A stretch of DNA of 63,997 nt, filler included. It is 7 parts of 7 records of this genome, joined end to end, with 100 filler letters (N's around TTAATTAATTAA, not from the genome) between each part and the next. Parts side by side here need not be neighbours in the genome. Positions count along the whole stretch, not along the records: positions 18,316 to 30,175 come from SRR31147125_42603; positions 30,276 to 36,982 come from SRR31147125_42645; 5 more parts are not named here. One strand, 5' to 3'. The position numbers and the translations under genes were made by a program. Below, piece after piece: positions 20,706 to 31,143 of this stretch. Each line of letters begins with the position of its first letter. The first letter of the stretch is position 1. The notes beneath the pieces were generated by a model that was not told the origin of the DNA, searched no databases, and worked only from the letters and a program-made list of their open reading frames with translations.

Positions 20706-22169
20706 TCAACACATGTCTGCATCTGCTTGGTTCAAAATGTCTGCAAACGCGTTTCGGGTTTCATCAGGCAGATCAATGGGACCTGCCTCTTTCATCACTT
20801 CCCGAAGCGATTCTTTTACCCGTTCATTGAGATCTTTTCTTCCCGCATTCTCCCAACTGGTTCGATCCAGGCGTGTAAAATTGACGGGCTTTTCCACACT
20901 TCGACAATGCTTGAATGTGTGGGGGGTGGTCAGAAACTGTCCGCCGTAATCAATGGTCATCAATTCATCCCATGCCAATTGGTCATCATCAAAATGCATC
21001 TCTTTCATGATGGCTTTGGCCATGCCGAAAATTTCATTGTCGATGCCAAGGGCGATGGGACTGACTGTACATGCCGTTTCAAGCTGACCGGCACCGCCGA
21101 GGACAGATGCTCCGGAGCTTGCAATGAGCATGGCCCGCATGGCCCGTTCGGCCATCCCCTGACCGTCAATGTCGGGGGAGTCGCACCCGGAGCCGTATGT
21201 ATGTGCCGGAATCCCGAACCCATCCTGCATGATCCGTGGAAACAGTGCCGATTGTCGCAAAGACTCGACGCTTGACTGTAAACTTCTTCCCGTTCCCATG
21301 TCACCGGAAAATTGGAGGGATGTGGCAATGATCGGCGTTCCCGGTCGAACCACCTGGGCAACGGCCAGCATGACGAGATTTTCAACAACGGAGAGCAATA
21401 CACAACCGGCAACGGTAAAGGGACCGGTCACCCCGGAGCCGGGAAGGCTGCAAGGCTGAATCCCACATCCCACTGAAGCGGCCTGATAGATGATTTCCAT
21501 ATCCATCCATTTAAAAACAAATGGAGTGAGAGAGCAGGTGATCCAGCTGGCCAAAGGATTTTTTCGCAGCTTCTCCTCTCCGCCGGCGGCAGCCACCAGC
21601 AACTGAACCAAATATTTTACACTCTCTCCGGTATAGGGTTGGATCCAGATATGCTTTTCCGCATTTTCCAACATGGTTTTCAATGCATAAATATCCGCCG
21701 TTGCAGAAGGGGCGTCATCCGGAACCAGAAACGGAGAGTAGTTGATGTGCTCCAACCGATCGGCCAGCCTGGCCCAGTACGCCAGATTTTCCAGTGTGAC
21801 CCGCTCATAGCTTCCGGTTTCCGGATCCAGCCAGGTTTGTCCGCCGGTACAGAGTCTTGTATAGAAAAGCCCTTGGGGATGGGGAAATTCCATGGGGAAT
21901 TTGCCGTCTCGTCCCGCCAGTGTAAAATGTTTGGGCGCCTTTGCCAGTTGCTCTTCCATAAATGCCTTTGGAAATCGAACCACTTCCGAATCTCCATCGA
22001 CCTTGGCCCCCTCTTTTTCCAGCAGATCCAATATCTCTTTATGATCGATTTTTACCCCACGTTTTTCAAGCAGTTCAAATGCGCGCGCTTTCATCAGCGC
22101 CAGTTGTTCATCGGTGTAAAACTGCATTGCGGGTTGGAATTTCATAACGTTACCTCCATTTTTAGACAA
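20706..22169 (-). CDS. Trimethylamine-methyltransferase (MttB) superfamily protein, non-pyrrolysine
   Basis: LLEKRGVKID, VVRFP, APKHFTLAGRD, SLTPF, AQVVRPGTP, GAGQLE, IDNEI, GGQFL..HT; no in-frame TAG. Confidence 0.9.
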   Translation of the reverse strand: MSKNGGNVMKFQPAMQFYTDEQLALMKARAFELLEKRGVKIDHKEILDLLEKEGAKVDGDSEVVRFPKAFMEEQLAKAPKHFTLAGRDGKFPMEFPHPQGLFYTRLCTGGQTWLDPETGSYERVTLENLAYWARLADRLEHINYSPFLVPDDAPSATADIYALKTMLENAEKHIWIQPYTGESVKYLVQLLVAAAGGEEKLRKNPLASWITCSLTPFVFKWMDMEIIYQAASVGCGIQPCSLPGSGVTGPFTVAGCVLLSVVENLVMLAVAQVVRPGTPIIATSLQFSGDMGTGRSLQSSVESLRQSALFPRIMQDGFGIPAHTYGSGCDSPDIDGQGMAERAMRAMLIASSGASVLGGAGQLETACTVSPIALGIDNEIFGMAKAIMKEMHFDDDQLAWDELMTIDYGGQFLTTPHTFKHCRSVEKPVNFTRLDRTSWENAGRKDLNERVKESLREVMKEAGPIDLPDETRNAFADILNQADADMC

Positions 22170-22180
22170 GCTTTAAGCCC

Positions 22181-23481
22181 TCATTTCAGGATGCTCGGCA
22201 GCCACAGGGCGAACTCCGGAAAGAGAAACAGTAATAAAATATTGATATAGATGGGGATGAGAAAGGGAAGCGAGCCTTTGACAATGGTTCCCATGGGATG
22301 CCAGGGAACCACCCCTTTTAACACGAACAGGCTCAACCCGAACGGCGGGGTGATGGTGCTCTGCTCACCGGCCAGTACATAGACGATTCCCCACCAGATG
22401 GGGTTGATGTCGAGTCCGATGATGACGGGCATGACAAACGGAAAGGTCAAAAAGAGCATGGACCAGGAATCGAAAAACATCCCCATGAAAAAATACATGA
22501 CAAAAAACATCACCATAATGCCGTATTTTCCAATGGGCAGTGCAACGACAAATTCCTGGATCATGGGAATGATTCCGGCGGAGTTGAACACGTGGGAAAT
22601 CAACGTGGCCATGGCCATGATAAAGAGAGAAAATGAGGTGACAAGGACGGTGTCAAGCAGGCTCTTCTGAACGATGGCAAAGGTGAGTTTTCGATATCCG
22701 ATGGTGAGGATGATACTTAAGAATGCCCCGAGCCCCGCTGCTTCCGTTGGCGTCATGAGTCCCCCGAAAATCGCGCCGAGCACGCCTAAAATAACACCGG
22801 CAAAGGGGATCGCATCAATCAGAGCCTTCATTTTTTCCTTGAATGAGTAGCTCACCGTTGCAGGGGCCAGGGACGGATCGAGTTTCACCATGACGATGGT
22901 GGTCAAGATAAACAAAAACATCAGCGTCAGGCCGGGAATCAGGCCAGCCGCCAGCAGATCGACAATGGAGAGCCCCTGCCAGCTGCCGTACAGAATGAGA
23001 AGGATGCTCGGCGGTATCAACGGGGCCAGCACGGTTCCGGATGCAATGGATCCCAATGCCAGCTTTGGAGAATATTTTTTTCCTCCATCACCGGAAAGGC
23101 GATTTTTCCGAAGGTGGCGGTGGCCGCAATGGTGGAGCCGCACATGGCCCCGAAGATGGCATTCCCGCAGATGACCGAGCAGGCCAGTCCGCCGGGAAGC
23201 CCGCCCACCCATTTTTCAACGGCATTGAAGAGCCGCGTATTGACCCCGGTATTCCCGAGAATCCCGCCCATGAAGACAAACAGGGGCAAGGCCGTCAATG
23301 TAAACGAATTGAGGGATCCAAAGGCGGTTTCGGCCAATTGGCTGACCGGTTGATCCACATACCACAAAAGCCCGCCAACGGCGACAATTCCCACGGACCA
23401 TCCGATCTCCAGTCCCAGGATCAACAGAAAAAACAGAATCGCAACCAGAAGAATCGCGATTATCATTTCAGAGCCCATCAT
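22181..23481 (-). CDS. dctM: TRAP transporter large permease DctM; apparent frameshift
   Basis: ALPLFVFMG, FGAMCGS, GTVLAPLIPPS, TPTEA, TPPFG; one added base in the T run at 23075-23081 joins the two ORFs (MEEKKYSPK). Confidence 0.9.
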
Positions 23482-23996
23482 TCATCTCCTCCGGCATTGC
23501 CGACATTGCTCTTAAGCGAAATGAGTGCCTTCAAAATTTCGGCGATTAACTGAAGAAGCAGCAGCACGGAACCGATCAATATCAAGGATTGGGGATAGAC
23601 AAGGGGCGTCCGGAGCCAGCTGCCGCTTTTGGATTCAAACAGAATGGAGTCCTGCAACATCTGCCAGCTCCCGGCGATGAGGGGAATACAAAACAGAGTG
23701 GCAAGAAGCAGGGTAAAGAAACGGAGCCGGTTTTTCCATCTGTCCGGCAGGAAATTGATGGCCAACTCCACCCTGACATGGCCATTCTCCTTCCAGGTGT
23801 ATCCCAATCCCATGAAGGCAATGGCCACAAGCATATATCCGCCCAGCTCGTCGGCAATGGAAAGGGGGGATTTGATGACGTATCTGGCCAAGACTTCCAC
23901 CATCACCATCAGCATGAGAATGAAAACCATCCACCCTTGTAGATGGCCTCCAATCCAATCGGTTATCTTTTCTATTATTTTTACAATTTTAGCCAT
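23478..23996 (-). CDS. dctQ: TRAP transporter small permease DctQ
   Basis: Four hydrophobic segments; EVLARY, DELGGY, GHVRVE. Confidence 0.9.
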   Translation of the reverse strand: MAKIVKIIEKITDWIGGHLQGWMVFILMLMVMVEVLARYVIKSPLSIADELGGYMLVAIAFMGLGYTWKENGHVRVELAINFLPDRWKNRLRFFTLLLATLFCIPLIAGSWQMLQDSILFESKSGSWLRTPLVYPQSLILIGSVLLLLQLIAEILKALISLKSNVGNAGGDE

Positions 23997-23999
23997 CGA

Positions 24000-25082
24000 T
24001 TATTTTCCCGTAAATGACTGATAGGAACCTACAGCGGCTTTTACAGCTTTGAGAAGCTCAGCTCTTTTGGACTTCCAGGGTCCGTCGAGCTCCAGCCACT
24101 CTTTTTCCACAAGATCGGCGCTCTTTTGGATGGCATCGGTTTCGCTTTCATTGAAACGGGTTCGTTTGACGCCGGTCAAATCCACCGTATCCATGCTCAT
24201 GATATATTCCGCAGTGGTGGAGAGACTGACCATTCTCTGAAGTTCGGATCCCACATCCATGACAACCTCTTGAAGATCGGCAGGAAGCGAATCAAAGGTT
24301 TTCCGGTTCATGAGGGTCACCGCCGACCAGGTGGGAGAGAGCGGCGTGATGGTGAAGTATTTAGACACTTTGGCAAGTCCGATGGAGTATCCGTAACCCA
24401 GGCTGGTCAATACACCGTCAATGGTACCCGCCATCATGGCCGGTGCCAGTTCGGAACCTGAAATGGTGACCGGACTTGCGCCAAGAGCGGAGATCCCTTT
24501 GGTGGGTAGATATCCGCCCACACGAATTTTCATTCCATTCAAATCGGAAAGGGTATGAATCTCTTTGTTACTCCAGATTCCGTTGGCCGGATCCCACTGG
24601 GTGACGAACCAGAATTTCAATCTGAATTTTTTCAAGGTCTCATCATAGATATTGCGAACGGTCTCATCTTCATAGACGGCCAACTCCTGTGCAAGGCCTT
24701 TGACGGGGTCTTCATCGACAATGCCGGGAATCTCCCCCCAGTTCCAGATGGGATAGGTGCCGGAGAGCCAGGGCATGGGGACGTCTCCCATATCGGCTTT
24801 TCCCTTGGCGACCGCCATGAAAAGCTCATTGGAAGAGAACATACGGGGGATGATTTCCAACTGAATTCGCCCACCGCTTCTATCATACAGCATCCGCTGC
24901 ATCTCTCCGCCCGGACGATAGATTTGGGAGGCTCTGAACTTGGGTCCCCAGATATCGTTCCATGCAAATTTCAGCTTGTACACTTTCTTCCCTGCACTGA
25001 ATCCGGTGGACGGTACGGCGATCAATGCAGCCGACATGATTACCAGAGCGATCAGTTTAATACGGTTGGTTCTTCTACTCAT
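24000..25082 (-). CDS. dctP: TRAP substrate-binding protein DctP
   Basis: Signal peptide; RSGGRIQLEI, DLNGMKIR, ALGASPV, GTIDG. Confidence 0.9.
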   Translation of the reverse strand: MSRRTNRIKLIALVIMSAALIAVPSTGFSAGKKVYKLKFAWNDIWGPKFRASQIYRPGGEMQRMLYDRSGGRIQLEIIPRMFSSNELFMAVAKGKADMGDVPMPWLSGTYPIWNWGEIPGIVDEDPVKGLAQELAVYEDETVRNIYDETLKKFRLKFWFVTQWDPANGIWSNKEIHTLSDLNGMKIRVGGYLPTKGISALGASPVTISGSELAPAMMAGTIDGVLTSLGYGYSIGLAKVSKYFTITPLSPTWSAVTLMNRKTFDSLPADLQEVVMDVGSELQRMVSLSTTAEYIMSMDTVDLTGVKRTRFNESETDAIQKSADLVEKEWLELDGPWKSKRAELLKAVKAAVGSYQSFTGK

Positions 25083-25186
25083 TTCATCATCTCCTTACTA
25101 AATTTTTCGGTTTAATAAATATATAAAGTGACGAAATTTCGTCACATGGAGACAGGGGAAATAATCTGTTGAAGATTCTCTTAATT

Positions 25187-25206
25187 GTTTATAGTATACA
25201 ATAGAC
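25187..25206. promoter_or_regulatory. Putative GntR operator 2, upstream of the dctPQM-mttB operon
   Basis: Minus strand GTCTATTGTATACTATAAAC, 2 nt after TTGACA (25209-25214). Confidence 0.7.
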
Positions 25207-25396
25207 GATGTCAAGCATGTTTTTCCATTTTTTATGATCGACGATAACCGGACCGAAGTCCGGTATAACGGTTGGATACGCTGTAAAACCGGAAACAAGG
25301 GCTTTGAAATAGCCCGTCATATTTGCTAAAGCATCATAATTAGTGATACTTTAGCATTTATTCGTAGAAATTTAAAATCGACTGTGGAGGAAAAAA

Positions 25397-27182
25397 TGGT
25401 GCTCGCACCCAATGACCCGACTCAACTTCTTGAATTGATGGAAACCGCCCAAGGCAGGCGTTTTCCCGACCTTGTCATCACCGGAACCGATCTTGTCAAT
25501 GTCTATACCCGAGAGGTGATTGAAACCGTCTCGATCAGTATTAAGGGAGAACGAATTGCTTACATCGGTCCAAAAGAGGATTTTGCCAAAGGGCCTGACA
25601 CCCGTGTGGTGGATGGAACAGGGAAGATCGCCCTTCCGGGATTCATCGAAGGGCACACCCATCTGGCCACGCTGCTCCCCGTCCACACATTCCTCCCTTA
25701 TGCCGCCAAAGGGGGGACCACAACCATCATCACCGAAACCATGGAGATGTACCCCGTGGGCGGACGAGCGGCTGTGGAAGAATTTCTTTCGAGCCTAAAA
25801 AATCAACCGATCAAATTCCTATCGACCTTGCCGGCCATGGGAAGCATCGATCACGAGGCCCTGGGGATTGACATGGCGGATCTCAACGCGTTGATACGGC
25901 GGAATGACGTCATCGGCCTCGGGGAGTCTTACTGGCAAAATGTCTGCCGTCATCCGGAACGCTTCTTATCCGCCTTTTCGGAGACCATGACATGTGGAAA
26001 ACTACTGGAGGGCCATTCCGCAGGCGCTTCCGGCAGAAAACTGGCGGCTTACCTCTCATTGGGAATCTCCTCCTGTCATGAACCCATCACTGCGGATCAG
26101 GTGCTGGCTCTGCTCAGAAGCGGGGGTCATGTCATGATCCGGGAGGGGGGCATTCGATCCGATCTTGAATCCATTGCGGAAATTAGAGATATGGGGGTGG
26201 ATCTCAGAAAGCTATGCCTGGTATCGGATTCCGTGACACCCGGGTTTTTAAAAGAAAAGGGATATATGGACGCCATTTTGCAAAAAGCCATCGATGCCGG
26301 ATTCCATCCGCTGGATGCCGTTCGTATGGTCACCCTCAATGTTGCGGAACACTTTCATCTGTCGGAACATATCGGCGGCATTTCACCGGGGCGCTATGCC
26401 GATATGCTTCTTGTCAAAGACCTTCGAGAAATTGAGGCGGAAATGGTGATCAGCAACGGCAAAATCATCGCCGAAAACGGACGATTCACAGAAAAAGCGC
26501 GGGTTCACAACTTTTCTTCGAATTCCCGAGACTCGATAAAGCTCCCCGGAGAAATGACGGCAGAGGATTTCAACATTCCGGCCGGGGGGATCACCGGACA
26601 AAAAGAGGAAAAGAGCGGGTTCGAGTGATCGAGATGGTCACGGATCTGGTGACCACGGAAACACAAATGGATCTTGACGTTGAAAACAGCCTGATTCTTC
26701 CGGATCCGGATCGTGATATTCTCAAAGTGACGGCCATTGATAGAAGCAGCAACACCAAAGAGCGATTCAATGGATTCATTACCGGATTCGGAATGAAAGC
26801 CGGGGCATTTGCCGCTACCGGTGCATGGGATTCATCCCACATTATCGTCGTGGGTGCCGATGGTCACGCCATGGCCGGAGCGGTGAACCGGATCCGGGAG
26901 ATGGGCGGCGGGATCGTGGTGCGGGGAGCCGATGCAAAATGCGCTGAACTGGCCCTCCCCGATTACGGCCTGTTTGCACCGTCCGCCCTCTCATTGCAGG
27001 AAATCGTTGATGCGTTGGCACGGATCACACAGGCCGTCCACGCTCTTGGATGTTCATTTCACGATCCGCTTCTCAGTTTAAGTGCCTTGACCGGTGCTGC
27101 CATTCCATTTTTTCGCATCTGCCATAAAGGATTGTTTGATTTTAAGAAAGATCAATTATTATCGCTACGGAGCGACACATAA
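25397..27182 (+). CDS. Adenine deaminase-family amidohydrolase, divergent; apparent frameshift near 26584-26620
   Basis: LPGFIEGHTHL, GTTTI, EGHSAG, CHE, IREG, MVTLNVAEHF, PGRYAD; C-terminal domain GAFAATGAWDSSHIIVVG lies in the -1 frame. Confidence 0.85.
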
Positions 27183-27232
27183 AAACAACAAAAATGAAAT
27201 CGCAAAAAATTTATAATAAAATATTGACAAGA

Positions 27233-27252
27233 GTCTTTTGTATACAGTAGAC
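27233..27252. promoter_or_regulatory. Putative GntR operator 3, upstream of the second TRAP operon
   Basis: Near-palindrome GTCTTTTGTATACAGTAGAC, 3 nt after TTGACA (27224-27229). Confidence 0.7.
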
Positions 27253-27414
27253 ACAATAATCGTTAGTGCTTCGCCCACAATTTCTTGTTAACAGAAATGA
27301 GACTGGGAGAGGCGGTGCGGATTCCCCGCGTTGGTTGTATTGCTTCTCAACCATGAACCTGTCATCAATTTCTTTTGACAGGTAGAAATAACAACACAAA
27401 AAAAGGAGAGAGTC

Positions 27415-28472
27415 ATGGGTATTACCGTCAAGCGTTTCAAAATCAGCGTCATGTTAACAGCGCTTGTGATTTTCGGGAGTCTGTGTTTCGGTTCCTCATC
27501 TTTTGCAACAGAGAAAACGTACAATATCCGGTTCAGTACCTGGCATGTACCGGCCGGGGCGGATGTTCAAAAGCTGTGGATCCCCATGCTGGAAGAGATG
27601 AAAAAAAGAAGTAACGGCCGCCTGACCTATACCATGTACGCCGGCGGAGCACTGGGAAAAGGCCCGGCCCATTACGACATTGTGAAAACCGGGCTTTCGG
27701 ATATGGGATATGCCACCCTGAGCTGGACACCGGGCCGCTTTCCGCTCACCGATGTCCTGTCGGCGCCCATTGTCTGTCCTGCCAAATGGAAAGGGGCTGA
27801 AGCGGGCAAGGCCATGCACGATCAGCTGCTTCACTCAGAATTCAAAGGGATCAAAGTGCTCCATATAAACAACTGTGTCATGGCGCACCTCTGGACCACC
27901 AAAAAGGTAAAAACCATCGAAGACTTGAAGGGAATGAAAATCAGAAGCCCCGGCGGTCTTCAGACGCGTGCCATCGAAGCGTTGGGAGCCACCCTGTTTT
28001 CATGCCCCTGGGAGATGTCTATCTCTCCATGGAGACCGGCGTGATCGATGGCGTGGTTACTTGTCCGGCACTTGTCAAAGCCTTTAAACTGTATGAAGTG
28101 GCCAAATATGGGGTTCCCACGTCGTTTGGATGTGTTTCAGAGGGACTTTTCGTCAATGAGCGATTTTGGAAGAAACTTCCCGACGATCTGAAAGCCATTG
28201 TCGAAGAGGTCGGGGGTAACGCCTATAAGGTAGCCGGTATTTTTGACGAGCATTGGTATGCCCACACCATGGAAGGGTTTGGCAACACCCTTGAAATTGA
28301 AACGTTGTCCGATCAGGAACAGGCCCGTTGGGATGACCTATTCAAAACGATGATGGGGGAGTGGGCCGATGAACTTGAAGCAAAAGGGAAACCGGCCAGA
28401 AAAGCCCTAAGCATGTTCAAAAAAGAGTTGGAAAAAGTGACGGTCGATTTCAACGCCTGCCCCGTGAAGTAA
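27415..28472 (+). CDS. dctP: TRAP substrate-binding protein DctP; apparent frameshift
   Basis: Signal peptide; KRSNGRL, GRFPLT, DLKGMKIR; one added C at 27992-27994 gives LGATPVFMPLGDVY..METGVIDG. Confidence 0.9.
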
Positions 28473-28550
28473 CATAAACCGGAAGCGTGTCTTGGTTAAT
28501 TGAATAGCATTTGCCAAGGCATTCTTACCGACACATGAGGACCCAATCAA

Positions 28551-29075
28551 ATGAACAGCACTTCCCCTGGATTTCTCTTTAAAATTAAACTGTTGGTCGA
28601 GCGACTGACCCATGCAGCCCTGGCGGTCGGCATGGGTTGGGTTCTGCTGATGATGTTTTTGACCACTTTTGATGTGGCAGGGCGTTATTTTCTCTCAAAA
28701 CCGATTCCCGGGGCCATTGAGATGAGTGAGTTCATGCTGGCCGTTTTCGGTATCCTGGGCATGGCCTACACCCACATGGCCGGTGCCAATGTCAAAGTGA
28801 CCATGCTGACACAGGTACTCCCGGTACGATTGGGACACGGGATCGATATCATGACCCATCTACTCAGTCTGCAAATTGCCTTTTGTCTTTCCTGGTACGG
28901 CATTATCTCCGCAATTGAAGAGTACGACCTCGGTACCACCACGGATACCCTGGGGGTTCCCATTTATCCATTGTACTTTTTATTGAGCTTGGGTTCGGGA
29001 TTGCTCTGTCTGGTGATTGTCATCAACATCGGTGAGTCGATAGCCCGCTTTTTCAACCCCAAAGCCGCCTTATAA
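28551..29075 (+). CDS. dctQ: TRAP small permease DctQ
   Basis: DVAGRY...PIPGAIEMSE; four hydrophobic segments. Confidence 0.9.
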   Translation: MNSTSPGFLFKIKLLVERLTHAALAVGMGWVLLMMFLTTFDVAGRYFLSKPIPGAIEMSEFMLAVFGILGMAYTHMAGANVKVTMLTQVLPVRLGHGIDIMTHLLSLQIAFCLSWYGIISAIEEYDLGTTTDTLGVPIYPLYFLLSLGSGLLCLVIVINIGESIARFFNPKAAL

Positions 29076-29128
29076 AAATCACTCCCATTGCAGACCACCT
29101 GCCACAACAAAGAAGGACAACATAGATC

Positions 29129-30175
29129 ATGGATCCACAACTCATTGGACTTATTGGCATCGCATCTCTCTTTCTTCTACTACTTCTGGGGATGCCCATT
29201 GGATTTTCCCTGGCCTTTATCGGGTTTTGGGGGATCGGTTTCATCACGGACATCGAGGTGGCCCTGCCGACACTGCTGCGCTCCTTTCACGGTACGTTTA
29301 CCACCTATTCATTTACCGTGATCCCTCTGTTCGTTCTCATGGGCGAGTTGGCCACGGTATCGGGGCTGAGTGAAGGCATCTATCAAGTGGCCGACAAATG
29401 GCTCAGGCGCCTTCCCGGAGGACTTGGAATCGCGACCATCTGCGCATGTTCGGGCTTTGCCGCCATCTGCGGATCATCCGTGGCAACGGCGGCCACACTT
29501 GGAAAAGTGGCGCTTCCGGAAATGGAAAAATACAACTACGATACCCGATTGGCCACGGGCAGTGTCGCAGCCGGCGGTACCTTGGGATTTTTGATTCCTC
29601 CCAGCATCGGATTTGTGGTCTACGGTATTTTGACGGAGCAGTCCATCGGAAAACTGTTGGTATCCGGATTTGTTCCCGGATTCATGCTGGCGGTGGCCTA
29701 TGGTGTGATTATTGTCGTCTGGGTCATGGCAAAACCGGATGCGGCCCCTTCCAATCCGGAACGCGTGGCTTTTTCGGAAAAAATTCTCTCATTGAAACAA
29801 GTATGGGAACTCATTGTGGTCTTTTTCCTGGTCATGGGCGGCATTTATCTCGGGTTCTTCACTCCCACGGAAGCCGGAGCGGTGGGCGCGTTTTTCCTTT
29901 TTGTCGTCACGCTCATTCGAAGAAAATTGACCTGGCCGGCATTGAAGGAGGCCATGACCGCCACCACGCGGGTTTCCGTGATGATTTTCATGATTCTATC
30001 CGGGGCCTACGTCTTTACCTATTTTATGGCGTTGACCATGATTCCCATGAATCTCTCCATCTATCTATCCGGATTGGCCATGTCCAAATATGCCATACTG
30101 GCCGTTATCTTGATCGCATTTCTCATTCTGGGCTGCTTTTTGGATGCCACCTCCATGATGGTGCTCACCCTTCCG
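29129..30175 (+). CDS. dctM: TRAP large permease DctM; 3' truncated
   Basis: GMPIGF, VIPLFVLMG, FAAICGSS, GTLGFLIPPS, FTPTEAG. Confidence 0.92.
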
Positions 30176-30275
30176 NNNNNNNNNNNNNNNNNNNNNNNNN
30201 NNNNNNNNNNNNNNNNNNNTTAATTAATTAANNNNNNNNNNNNNNNNNNNNNNNNNNNNNNNNNNNNNNNNNNNN
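30176..30275. other. Artificial contig spacer
   Basis: N run + TTAATTAATTAA + N run. Confidence 0.99.
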
Positions 30276-30672
30276 CTTCTTCAGCCTCTGCTTTTGCTTC
30301 GGCTTTTGCTTCGGCTTTTTTCAGATCTTCAACAACACTGCTTTTTGTTGCTTCTTTCTCAGCCGCTTCTTTTTCGGCAACTTCATTCTTATCCTGAATT
30401 GCCTGAATTGCAGCTCTATCAACAGTCAGACCTCCGGAAATATCCGCATTGTTTTTGCTGGTAATGAAGTAATTGATAAATAGCATAAGAGCTACAAATA
30501 CAATAAATAGATAAACAGTCCATTTGCGCAATGGGTTTCTTGCACCCATAACACTGTCAGTGGTTGCTCCACCCATACCGGCTAGTCCTCCACCTTTACC
30601 TTCTTGTAACAGGATGATGGCGACAACTAGAAATGCTAAAATAAAGAATATGAAACCGAGAACATAGCCCAC
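30276..30672 (-). CDS. secG: Preprotein translocase subunit SecG with an Ala/Glu/Lys-rich tail; 3' truncated
   Basis: IILLQEGKGGGLAGMGG between two TM segments; AGGAGG RBS before the GTG. Confidence 0.88.
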
Positions 30673-31143
30673 GAGTACTTCCTCCTAAATTCTGTATCTA
30701 TAATAAAATAAAAATTATTGTAAAATAAAAACTCTCTGCCTTTCTGGGAAAGGAAGAGCGTGTAAAAACACCTTGAATAAATTAGCTTCTTGTTATTTTA
30801 TAGAAAATGTAATGTTAAGCAAGAAAAAAGACTGGACTCTTTTTGGGATATATTTCAGGGTGATTCATTATAACCTTCTAATTCTATTGATGTTATCGAG
30901 CAAATTTAGAAAAAATACCAGATAATTGAAATAATATTCAATTATAGTTGATCATAATAGTAAGTGAAGTATAATCAAAATAGGTTTTGAAGATATGTTA
31001 TTATATCTTTAGAATTGTAATTATTTTCCAGTCTGTTATATTTAATTATACAATATCTGGAAATAATCTCTCAGTGGTTTGATTATTCTTTTGGATTGAG
31101 GTTGCTGATAATCGAATATTTCAATTGTTTTAAATGTCAGGGT

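Noticed and set aside
20706-22169. Pyrrolysine-containing MttB
   Set aside because: No in-frame TAG and no pyl genes; full-length open frame
27255-27414. TPP, purine, THF or ZTP riboswitch call
   Set aside because: Only fragments such as TGAGA and TGAACCTG match; the required stems are missing
407-28000. Programmed frameshifting or pseudogenisation at six broken genes sites (407, 532, 4995, 23075, about 26584, 27992)
   Set aside because: Each is repaired by adding one base in a homopolymer, and all lie in two similar contigs; this is the pattern of sequencing indel error
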